Below are positions 25,918 through 37,900 of a stretch of 64,000 nt of DNA, one piece after another. Below the pieces are notes generated by a model. That model saw only the letters and a program-made list of their open reading frames with translations, made no database searches and was not told the origin of the DNA. Source of the DNA: Amoebophrya sp. A120 (taxonomy: Eukaryota; Protista; Dinoflagellata); the NCBI GenBank assembly GCA_905178155.1, contig CAJINV010000012.1:305271-369270 (forward strand), in the 5' to 3' direction. Every line of letters starts with the position of its first letter. Position 1 is the first letter of the stretch. A program made the position numbers and the translations under genes.

Positions 25918-28900
25918 TCACTTCTTTTTTTTCGCCCCGGTCGTGGTCTTGCCCTTGCTGCTTCCGACATTCGCAGTTATGCAAGAAAAAAACTGTGTAA
26001 GTGTAACTCTGTAACGCAGAACATGCATCAGAGTTACACCTGTCATGCAAGACAACCATGAAGCTCTCTTTTCACGTGTGTCTTCCCTTACAAGCCGCGC
26101 GTGACAGGCTTTCTCTGTCATGTAGAGCAAATTTGTGGTGCTGTCAACCAAAGAAAGTTACACTAACACAGTTTTTTTCTTGGATAGCAGTGGCAGCAGA
26201 AGTACTAGCACCAGCGCCGCCTGTCGTGGTTTTTGCTTTTGTAATATCTGGCTTAGATTTGCTTTTCGGAGAGGATGGTGCGTCTAATTCGTGGTCCACA
26301 AATGTAACCGATCTGGCTTTCGTCGTCGTCTCGTTTTTCTTTTTCCCATCCAACACATTACTGGTCGATGAGGAGGAGTTCTTCGCTGCTACTGGTCCTG
26401 CTCCTTGTGGCTCCTTGTTCCCCTTGTCTTTCGCTTGTTTGTTCCCAGCTGCCCCCGCTGCCGTGCTGCTGGCTGCCGCCGAGCTAGAAGAAGAGGAGGA
26501 AGTCTTTTTCCCTGCTTTGTTGTCGTCCACCACCTTCCCGGCTTTCGCCTTGCTACTGCTACTGGCAGCAAGAGGACCTCCTTTAGCAGCTTGTTTCTCT
26601 TTGTCATTTTTCCCGACATCGCCTTCCTTTTCGCCTCCAGCTCGGGACTTCATTTTCGACGTCTCAGCTTTGATGTTCTTTTCCTTTTTTTCCTGTTCCT
26701 CCAACTGGTGTTATGCGTTTGCAAAAGGCAGGAGTTTGCAGTCACTGTACACAAATCCAAGAAAAAATGCAGCACTATTTTTACTGATCAGAATTTGAGC
26801 ATCAGCATCTATTGTTTTTGTGCTTCTTCTGTAAGCACACGACGAGGTCGAGGAGCGGTGGAAATGATATAATTACTTTTTTACAGTAGACTTGCAAACT
26901 TTCATATTTTCATTATCATTTTCATAACTGTTGCCGCATCTGTTCGGCCGCCTGCAGCATGTCGAAGTGCATCTGCCTCCCTATCTTCTTCTCCTCCGCC
27001 TTTTTTCTGCCTTGGTGTCCCTTCCCGTGAAATATCCAAAGAAAAAAACCGATCCCCATTATCCAATTTGTCATGCAAAACACGTATGAAGTCATGTGCT
27101 TGCCATGCCGAAAATGGATGCGGATGGGTTTTTTTCTGTGGATATGAAACGTGAGTCCGAGCAGCTCGCGGGCCTTGGAATGGGCTTCTGGACTGATCAT
27201 CTCTTCCTCTTTGATGTTCAGCTTTCCGTTTTCATCTCCAAATTCCTCGACGAGGGACTTCCGGAACGTTTTCAGGTCCTTGTCTCCCCTCGGCGTCAGC
27301 TTTCCCTTTTGCCGGGGCGTGAGCTGTCTACTCCCCGTGCCGGAGAGGCTGGATCGGGGCGTGTAGTCCTTTTCGATGGCGTTGGCACCAAACGCCTTCT
27401 CGAAGATATCCCGCTTCTCGTGCTTGTAAAAGTCCTCGTCGTGTTCGCCGACCGACTTGATCACGAGACCTTTTCCGCTGATGTAGGTGTCGTACGTAGT
27501 TGGGTCCTCAGGGTTGATTTTCAGCTCACCGTCTTTCTTCCGCAGTTGCTTGATTTTCGGTGGTTCTTTTTCGGTAATACCATCGTCGTGGATCTCAAAC
27601 ATCGGCCGGTCAGGGAGGGGTTTGCCCTTCTTGCCGTAGTATGCACTGCAAACTTTTTGCCACAAAACACGAGCACGACGCGGTCTTATCATGCACTAGC
27701 ATTACGGATGGAGATGATTTTTTCGATATCAACGACAATACGAAAAAAAGAAAAATATGAAGTTGTTTGAGAATCAATATACAAAATGACTTTAAAAACT
27801 TATGTCATGCGATGTTATCCATATTGTTTCAACATCATGCGTACTAGGAGCAGGGCAAAATGTTTGCTGTGAATAGGATTTGCGACGTGTGACTCTTCTC
27901 TTTTTTGTTCAACAGATCTACGCCACTGGCACTCGCGCTGGATTCCTGAAAGGGAAAACAGGTAAAGCTGATGTAATTCATCTGGTGGGGTTCTTCTCTT
28001 CTAGTTGCTTGTACTCCTACTCCTCCTCGGGAGCAGCTCAAACTCAAAGTACCATATGAGACAAAACAAGAATATTACCATTCCCCCGGCCGCCTTACTG
28101 CTTTTGTTTCCCTTTGTTTTCGATTTGGACTTGCTTTTTTCCATTCCGGCCTGTTTTCGGAGCTCCTTCTCTGTTTCTGGGTTCAGTTCCGGCGGAAACA
28201 TGCTGGGAAACTTGTCAGCCACGTCCTCATATCAAATGTAAAAATGTCTGGGTCTGGAAAGTTGGAACTTGTGATGCTAGCTTTGGACCCAAAAAAAAAT
28301 GGTATTGCATGACCAGCAAGAGGAACCACATTTGTGCTACGCGAGGAGGGCATTTGTCATGCGGAAATGGCATCAGGAAGCTTTCCAAAAATCTGTGATG
28401 CTGGGTCATGCATTACAAGCAGCATCGGTCATGCCAGACAAGCATGACAAGCCTTCCACTCTTCCAGACCCAGACATTTTTACACATGATACCTCATTTT
28501 CGTCGTCGACGTGCTCGTAGCCCTCCAGAGCTATCAAATGTAAAAATGTCTGGGTCTGGAAGGTTGCAACTTGTAATGCTAATTCTGGATCGTGCAAAAA
28601 TCTGTGTTGCATGAATGCCAAAAGCTGTCCACTTTTGACCAAGTTAGTAGTAGTAGTACCATTTAACTCCTGGCGGGTGGGCGTTAGAACAGATTTAGCC
28701 TCTGCCAATGCCTGGGCGTCAGAACCAAGTTGAGAGGAAGTTTCTCATGCAGGATAGACATGATACGGATCTCACAGAATCTGTCATGCTAGGTCTCGCA
28801 TTCCAGACCTCACGGCTCATGCAAAACGTGCATGACAAGTCTCAGAATTTTCCAGACCCAGACATTTTTACACTTGATAAGAGCTTATGCGTTGCAAGAG

Positions 28901-31900
28901 TACTTGTACCGACCAATATGAAGATTCCGGTGGTACAAATTCAAATTGCAGGACAAATGTTGATGAAGATCTTCCCGCATTTTTTTATTTCCATTCGGAG
29001 TTTTCAGATAAGAACGCGACAGCAAAACCAGCGGCCCACTAGCATGCAATCTGATACACTGGTGTTGTACTTGTAGTGATGGTAAGTAAGTACTTTTGCA
29101 CAGGATAGAGCTTCGAATTCTTCGGCCTCTTTGCCCTTTTTCTTCTTTCCCTGTAATATTCATCGTAGAGTTTGGGGTAGTAGATGTAAAAGCTGTGCTG
29201 TCTCAAGATTTTCAGAGTGTGGTGCAAAAGCATCTATTTTGAAATCTTCATCTTCCGATCTCGACCTAGAATTTCATCGATCCATTCAGGACGACTTGCA
29301 GATATTAAATCTGTCACGCGCACCACCATTATTCTTATACAACAGTACCTTCGTCTTATCCTCCTTGATGCTCTCGAAAATCAGTGCCTGCAGCTCTTGC
29401 GCGGTGAGCGCGCTATGGATTGCAAAAGTGTCTGGGTCTGGAAGAGTGCAGGAGTTTGTCATGCAGATTTCGCATGACCCATGAGGTCTGTGATGCATGC
29501 CCTAGCATCAGAGATTTTGCGAGGGCTTTCTGATGCTCATAACGCATGAGAAATGCCCTCTCCGCGTAGCACAAATTACACCTCTTTTGCTTTTCATGCA
29601 ATACAGTTTTTATGTAGATTCCAAAAGTAGCATCACAAGTTGTATCCTTCCAGACCCAGAGGACATTTTCACATTTGATATGCGCGGCCCAGCAACAGCT
29701 GCTTCCTCTTCTTCATCCAAAACAATTTCATGGCTGCACTGTCGCTATGCATTGCAAAAGATCGAAAACCCTCGTGCTACTGTACTGCTAGTAGTAAGTT
29801 TTGCATGACAAAGACAATTTTTTTCAGAAAGAAACGAGCCGGGAAGTAGATCCTTAATTTATCATGCTAAACAGAAACGCTACTTAATTTGTTATGCAAA
29901 ACTGGGATACAAGCAAAGATCATAACACTTTGCAACGCATAGTCGTGCTCCTGGTACATTTCCTCATCTTCCGCTCGTTTCTGTATCGCAAGAAAAAGTT
30001 GCTACAGTTACATACACATTGTGCTGCAGGAGCCGCAAGACAGACAACCTTTGTCATGCAGGAAATGCTTTTGCGAGCCTCGCTTCCTACGTATTTTCGC
30101 TTATCATCATTGCATTACAAGTTTTCTCTGCCACACAGAGAAAATTTGTGATGCAGAAACTTCAACAAATGTGTAACTGTATACACTTTTTTCTTGTGAT
30201 ATTCTGTGCCCCGGGACTAACTCCCTCGTCGTCCTCTTCCATTTTCTTTCGCTTTTTCGGGGCGGGAGCTGCAGCACTGCTCATGTCGTCGTAGTCGGAC
30301 TCGTCAAGGCCCTTGATTGGCTGGCCAAAGAGTTTCCGCTCGTCCTTGTTGATGTTTCTAGACACGTGGTTTCGCAGGTCAATCCGGATAGCCCCTTCAT
30401 TCCCCGGCACCGGTGAGCCACCCAGGGAGATTTTTCCCTGCTTTCTCCGCCGCTCATTCACCTCCGCCTTGGAAGTTTGGTCTTTCCGCCTCGGAAAAAT
30501 GATGTCGTTCTCCTCCCACTCCCGCTTGGTTGGTCGTTTTCGCCGCGTTGGGGCGCCGTCTTTGTTCGCAGCGTCTTCCATTGCCTCCTATCCTTTGTAA
30601 AAATGTCCCCACACCATAGTTGTCATGCAAATCTGCATGCTTAAAATGTTTCTCATGCGGAGCCCCATGAGAAGCATTTTCTAATGGTGTTTTGAAATTT
30701 GTCATGCTCCAATCAGCATGAGAGACTAGATCTATAATGCTGCTGAACTAGCTCAAACAGCACTACACTACGCGTCCAAATTTGTCATGCGAAACAGCCA
30801 AAGCTTGTGGATTTGTCTAGCCGATTCCCCATCCCGACTCTGGTGTGGGGATGTTTTTACTCAGGATACCTCCTCCGTAATAACCACGTTGTTTTTCCCG
30901 AGGTACCCGTGTCCGGCCTTGGGGGAGTGCAGCTGGTAAAACACGTACTGTCTGGCTTCGTCATCCTGTGCAAAAGTACTATCGCACTCGTAGTTGTAAT
31001 CGCAGTCATGCATTACAAATCTCCACCCCAAGGCAAAACAGAATGACAAATTCCATTTGTCATGCTGTTGAGCCAATTTGTAATGCGATTACTACTAGTA
31101 CGATAATTTTGCAATGCATATTCGTCTCGCAGCAGCCACGCGTTGGGATCTCGGAACTCGCCGGACGGGCCAAAGTCAGATGTTTATGAAATGCACAAGC
31201 ATCGTACTTGTAGAAATCGCATTACAAATTCTCTCAGCATGACAAATCAATGAAATTTCATATGCTGATTTACCTTGGAAAAGAGATTTGTCATGCATAG
31301 ATGCGATTGGTTTCGGTAGTACGAGTACGATACTTTTGCACAGGATAATGCTGAGCTGATGTTGAAATTCGAAAGGCCGACCAGTTCGTGGTCTAAAAGC
31401 CGCGCGGGGTACTGGCGACCCAAGACGCAGCCGAACTCTTCCTGCTGTTCTGGCTTCATTTTCCAGGGTTCGAAAATGTAATCCGCGGGCAGGTTGCGCA
31501 ATTCTGGGAGGTAGTACCTGATAATGATGATATTCTCGTAGCTGTACGTAAGATTTTACAATAAAATTTCACCTAATGTTCCCAGTAAACACCAAACCGA
31601 GTTGTGTTCCATCTATGTTTATGTCCAGCTCCTAGACGACAGCGAGGCCCTCGGGTCGAGATTCGTCGTGCATGGGGAAAAATCAAGAAGCGAAAAATTC
31701 AAATTCGCACCAGCACTACATGGTGATGAAGTGGTGTTACAACTACGTAAGCTATACCTGATGTAGTCGCCATTCGGGTCGATATCCTTGGAGTAGTCTG
31801 TATCAAGTGCAAAAGTGTCTGACCCTGGAAACTTGCGATGCTGGGTGGCGTATCATGAGGAGGCCACAAGTTCTGGCTCAGCATGACAAGTGTCTGAGCT

Positions 31901-34900
31901 TCTAGGTGTTGCCTGTTCTGCATGACAAAGCACGTTTCTGCATGACAAAAAAATGGGGCTCTTGGGTAATGTGCATGACAAATTCAAGAGTCATGTGAGA
32001 CAAGCATGACAAACTTGCATTCTTCCAGACCCAGACATTTTTGCAGTTCATAGTCTGCGGGATTGTACACGTTCATGAAATTTTCTTCGAAGCTATCACA
32101 GGAAAAAGTGTTAACGGAATTTGTGATGCAGGAATGCATCAGAAAAGGTATCCAAATTTGTATTGCGTAGCATGCATGGAAGGCAAAATTTGTAATGCAT
32201 GACTGCCATCTGTGGAAACCGTTAACGTTAACACTTTTTTGTTTGATAGAAGCAGCTGCAGGAGTATGGCACAGTGGACAACTACTAACTTGAGACTGTT
32301 ATTCCCCGTCCTCTGCTGATTTGAAGCATTGCATCATCAAGGACCGCATGCTATTAGCGCCACAAACCACCATGTGAAGAAAAAAAGTGCAGCAGTTCCA
32401 GGACGAATCTAGTTCCACGCCCAGAGTTGGAGTTCTGAGGTCTTAGCTTCCACCAGAACTCGTCATGCAAACACAGCCGAAGGGCCCGGATAGAGTTTTT
32501 CGGAGAAATTCTGCATCGCAAATGAGCAGGGTAAGAGCCGCGAGTAGTAAGTTGTCGACTATCATACAGACCCGGTGATCCACCCCGCTGTATTCAACGC
32601 CCAGTCGTTGTCAATTGCGTACTTCGGATATCCCAAGAAAAAAAACCCATCTCCATCCATTTTTTGCATGACGAACACTGGATTTGATGAATGTTTTGCA
32701 TGACAAATTGGCGGTGGAAATGGATCTACTTTCTGTCTGGATATCGCAAACACGTCTCGGCCTCGCTCCCAGGATTCGTACATATCTCCATACGTCAGGA
32801 AGCAGCACACCACCCGCCGAAACTCAGCCGGTAGCCACCTGGAGGTACGTATTTTTATATCGTTTGATGTTGCTCATGCTCATGCTCTTGCTTCTGTGAA
32901 GATTGATCTCTACTCGAAGTAGCGGCCCATCACCATCAGGGTCTCGTTCAGAAAAGTTTTTCATTTTTACATTAGAAAATAAAACGTTTCACTACCCTTC
33001 ACTCCGGAGTTGCGCCATACAGGCGTCGATGAAAGGGTAGCCGGTCCGGCCCATTTCCCACTGTCGCACGATGTTCGCCGAATTGCCCCAGTTGATTTGT
33101 CGCACGAGTTTGTTTTTCCACGTTCCCCCAAAGTTCGCTATACTAAACCCGAGCGCGTAGCAATAGTCTCGGTGTCTCAGGTTTTGCAGCAACTGGTTTT
33201 GATCGAGGAAGAACTCCTGCTTTTTGGTAATCTTCTTTTTCGGCTCGTTGGCGTAGAAAATTTTGCGCTCTTATCCTGAGGAAAAGCGTCCCCATCCCAT
33301 AGTCAAGTTGGTAAATCTGCAGCACAAATCTCGAAGTTTTGGGAGTTATGCATGAAAAGTGTGGTCTCGTAGTGTAATCCTGTTTAGCTAGAATGGCAGC
33401 ATCACAGATCTAGCATATCATGCTGCTTGGAGCAGGACAAATTCCGAGTCGATACTAGAAAATGCCTCTCATGGGGCTCCGCATGAGAAATATTTTTACC
33501 ATGCAGATTTGCATCACAACTCTGGGGTGGGGACGTTTTTACACAGGATAGTTCTTTCACCTTGTTCTCCGCATCCGCTCGATTGAAGTCCGTGAAGAGC
33601 ATATCGCACGAAAAAACTGTTTCACTGTAAACTTGTGATGCATAGAATGGAGCAAAAAACGATTTGTCTTGCTACACCTGCAAGACATTGGATTTTTAGG
33701 CGTGTTCTGCCTTTGGAAGCGCGCATGGCAAATTTTCTGTGTCATGTGTAACAAACTTGTGATGCAGATCTTGCAAAGCCATCACAGTGAAACAGTTTTT
33801 TCGTGGGATAGAGCAGCTTGAGCTCCTGCTCGCTGTTTTTCAGCATGCAGTGCGCGTAGTATCCTGAGTAAAAACGTCCCCACCCCAGAGATGTCATGCA
33901 AATGTGCAATGACAGGAACATTGGTAATGCGCATCTCCACGAGATGCATTTCCAATCGTGTTTTTGCATTTTTCATGCTGTAAGCAGGATGATAAGGTGG
34001 GTTTGTCATGCGACTTCCCTTGCCAACCAGCACTACACTGCAGATGGAAACTTGTCATGCACAACTTCCAAAGCTTGGGGATTTGTGTTGCAGATTTACG
34101 AACTTGACTATAGGGTGGGTACGTTTTTGCTCAGGATACGTAGCACTCGAGCATCATCTTTTTCACTTCGAAGTACACCGTTTTTGCGGACAAATTTCCC
34201 ATAGCGAGGTAGGGGGAAAGCCCGGTAGTCGGCGGATAGAAGTGCCACTGCGCGTCGCTGTATTAAATAAACATTTGTAGGAACACCATCAATAGCGGAA
34301 CGAATCAATAGAACTGAAGATGGCTGATACTAGCATCGCAATCAGATAGTAAAGATTTGCATCACAAAATTTCCACCTACCGAAAAATTTGTACTAATAC
34401 AAGGTCGTGCTACGATGAAGTAAGAACCCGCTCCTTCCAGTTGTAAGTATTTTTTGTAAGTGCAATGCAGCGCAGCACAAAGTAAGTAGACCAAACTTCT
34501 CTTACCGCACAATCGGCGCCGTCCTGTCCATGTCGTACCTGAGTGCGATGCCTGGATCGTTTTTCGTGATTTGCTCCAGTCGTTGCAACGCGTGCTTCTC
34601 TCCCAGTTTGTCGTGGAAGTAACCGAAGTACTTCACGATTCGTATCCTGAGCAAAAACGTCCCCACGCCATAGTTGTAATGCTAATCCGCATGCTGAGAA
34701 TGTTTCTCATGCGCAGCCCCATGAGAAGCATTTTCTAGTCGGGTTTCGGAATGCAATGCGTCATGCTCCAACAAGCATGATGAGTTAGAGTTGTGATACT
34801 GCTGGAGCAGCTAAACAGCATTACACTACGAAGCTCAACTTGTCATGCGCAACAGCCAAGGCTGGCTGATTTGTGTAGCAGGTTTCCCATCTTGACTCTG

Positions 34901-37900
34901 GGGTGGGGACGTTTTTACACAGGATAATCCGGCCAGTCGCTTTATCGTGGTCGGAAATCAAAGTTTTGTCTTTGTGAAGGTTCATCTCGATCAGATCTGG
35001 GATGTGGGTGGTGCACATTATGCAATACAAATTTCTTTTCCCGTAGTACATGTACACAATGCATGACATCAAATAAATTTCGCTACAACATGTCATGCTG
35101 ACTAAGATTAAACGGTAAGTTTTGTCATGCACAAATAGCATTTATTGTACGTGTACTACGGGACTAAATGTACTGTGGATACACATGTGGAAAAATACGT
35201 TGTGCTCCGGGACTACATTGAAGGGGTTCGCAAGTCGATCGTCTTGTTCGTCATAGTCGTACTGCGTGCAGATTTTTGGCGGCATCCGTACGGATTTCTC
35301 GATGTGCAACGCGTACATAAATTCCTTCTTGCACTTCTCGTCGAATTTCAACACCCGCGCGGCTTTCGCGTTCGGGGTCTTCTCGGCGACTTTTCGCCTT
35401 TCCTGCTCCAAATGCCGCTCGAAATGGTTGTAATCGTCGACAAATCTCACTTATGAATGGCAAAAGTATAATCTTGATCTTCTTATCGCGCTGTTAGCAT
35501 AACAATCATTTTCAAGAACAAAAGTGCAATTTGTAATGCTGTTTTCATATTCCCTGCTTAGCCAATTATCGATCTGTCATGCATGACTGCGATAACAAAT
35601 CTTTATTAACACGACGAGTAAGATATTAACTTTTGCAGTGCATAGAACAGGGTCTTCGGGATGCTGCCCGAGTTTCTTCCTCACAACTTTCGCGTAGTCT
35701 TCTACCGTTTCCGCAATCTGAGAGAAGTTTGTGTTTGTTTTGACGAAAGCATAAGGATCTCGCTCATAACGGAAGATGTCATGGTTCGGAGGACCACTAC
35801 ACACAAAGTCATCTTTCCAGTTTTCCATGCGGTAGTCAAAGAAAAGATGAGCAACAAAATCTTTACACGCAGTAACTACTTGTTAGTACTAGAGTACCCT
35901 CATCTGTGGGATTTTGTCCTTGACAATGGAATTCTGTTTTCCCAAAACCCCAGCAGCCCCTTTCTTGATCCCACGGCCGCTCACGATTGGCTCGGGTATG
36001 TCGAGCAGTTGTTGTGGTGGCCTTGAGCTGCTGGAGGCAGACGGTTGTTGATTCTGATTCATCATGTTTGCACTACTTCCTCCCGCACCGGCACCGCTTC
36101 CGATGACATTATTATCATTTTTACTCGCGGATGCGGACGAAGCTGCACTTTGACTCGTCTTCCCCGCACCCTGCCTGCCCCCGGTCTGTGCGAGGAGTTG
36201 ACTTTGTTGTGCGGCTTCGTTTTCTTTCTCGTCATTATCATCAAACTTCTCCTCGTAGAAGAAATCCCGCACGTCGTACAGCATTTGACTCGCATAGCTG
36301 ACCATCCGGATCCCTCGCCGTTCTGCCAACTCCGTGACCGATTCGTCGCGGACCATATCAACTGCAAACATGTCTCGGTCTGGATATTTGTGACGCAAGG
36401 AAGGGAATATTATTGAGTGCACTACAATGCGCTTCCCAGCACGACAAGTTTTTCCGTGGTTCAGAGTTGCGTACTCCGCATGAGAAACTGCGTTTTTACA
36501 TGACAGACAAGCGGATCTCTTCGCAGGCACGCAATACAGAGTTTAGAGTCAGGCTAGACTAGCATGACAAATCTCGCAATCTCCCAGACCCAGGCATATT
36601 TGCAGTTCATAGACCAGGCCGTACGGCTCGAGGTCCTGCTCGAAAAACACGGTGTCCACGTTGTATGAGAGTGCACAACTACCTCTCCCTTTCATTTGTC
36701 ATGCAAAGTCCCAAATCCAGGCTGTACCTCTTGGCACTGTTTGCATTACAATTTCTGGTAGCCCAAATAGCTCTAGCTCTACACTCCAATGCAAATCTGT
36801 CATGCAGAACTGGCATTGCTGCTGATGCTTGTATTGCCTCCATGCTATACAAATGAGGGGGAGGGGAAGTTGTGCACTGTCATACGTTGAACTCGTCGAA
36901 CAGAAAGGTAAACACGGGAACTTCCCGCTGTTGCGTGATGTACAGTTCTATCACAAGAAAACGTGTTAACATTAACGGTTTTCATAGATTGCAAATATGC
37001 ATGACAAATTTTGCCGAGCATGCATGCTATGCATGACAAATTTGGGCGCGTTTTGTGATGCGTTACTGCATCACAAATTCCGTTAACACTAACACTTTTT
37101 CCCGTGATAAGTTCCTGCCCGTGCTCCCGCAAGTTCGTCTGCACCTCCCGCAAGCTCGCGAGCAGCAGGTTCCACCACTGGTTGCCCGGGCAATTTTGGT
37201 CCGGCACCCGCTGGTTGTTCACGATGCCCGTGCCCTGCAGCTGCTGCCGCTGCTGCTTCATGGTTTTTGGGATCATGTACGGCGTCATCGTGTACAGACA
37301 CAGCAGCGGGATGTCGTTCTCCCGTGGGTCTTTCTGCTTCCGCGGCCGGCCCCGCGGGTTTTTTTTCACGATGTTTCCATCTTCGTCGACAGTATTCCCG
37401 TTTTCGTCGGTAGTGGTGTTCTTCTGTAGTTTCGCAGAGGAGGCTCGAACAGCAGCATTAGCGTTTTTATTGTTGTTCTTATCGAGAAACTCCGCTTCTA
37501 AGTGCTGGTCTTCCTCGTCACTAGATGTAGAGTCATCTCCTTTCGGTGGTTTTGGATTCGCGGTGGTGCAGGCCTTCATTGCGGCTTTCAAAGCCGGGTT
37601 GTCGTGATACACCCGCAGATTCCGCCGGAACCAGCAAATGTTGATCTTCAGCCGGTCGTCCTCTTCTGCAGCTTCACCGACCTTGTTATGCATTGCAAAT
37701 GTATTGGCACGTACAGGCACACGTAGCAGTAGCGGCATGAGAAACAAGTTTTGCAGAAACAAAAACGGAACTTGTCATGCTGATGGAGTTTAGAGGAAAA
37801 CAACTCTGTCATGCATGATAGCGACTAACACGTGTAGTACAATAGAAAATTTGCAATTTGCATATTTCACAGCCGGTTTCCTTCGCTTCATTTTTCGCTT

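Noticed and set aside
29039-29233. ORF MLLHHTLKIL...RPKNSKL as a cryptochrome exon (acceptor 29234)
   Set aside because: It is out of frame with downstream exons; the acceptor at 29151 gives GKKKKGKEAEEFEALEGY in frame.
28230-29680. Recurring TGTCTGGGTCTGGAA repeats as a CRISPR array
   Set aside because: Copies are inverted pairs at irregular spacing around homologous interiors in a eukaryotic gene, with no cas genes.
28114-29808. Small ORFs with recurring LPDPDIF, FVMQ, ICHA, CMTN peptides as a repeat-protein family
   Set aside because: They are translations of introner TIRs and the TTTGTCATGC motif.
34638-34931. Hypothesis that the central base of the 5-bp repeat is invariant
   Set aside because: Counter-examples: CGGAT/CGAAT here, ACGCT/ACCCT at 6646-6827 and AATCC/CTACG at 27640-27875.
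35889-35897. Stop-codon readthrough or alternative genetic code at VL*Y*Q
   Set aside because: A GT-AG intron (35718-35897) with a good pyrimidine-rich acceptor removes both stops.
31247-37762. Fragmented photolyase as a transposon-riddled pseudogene
   Set aside because: All 35 interruptions resolve into one open frame with intact motifs, which is unlikely under neutral decay.
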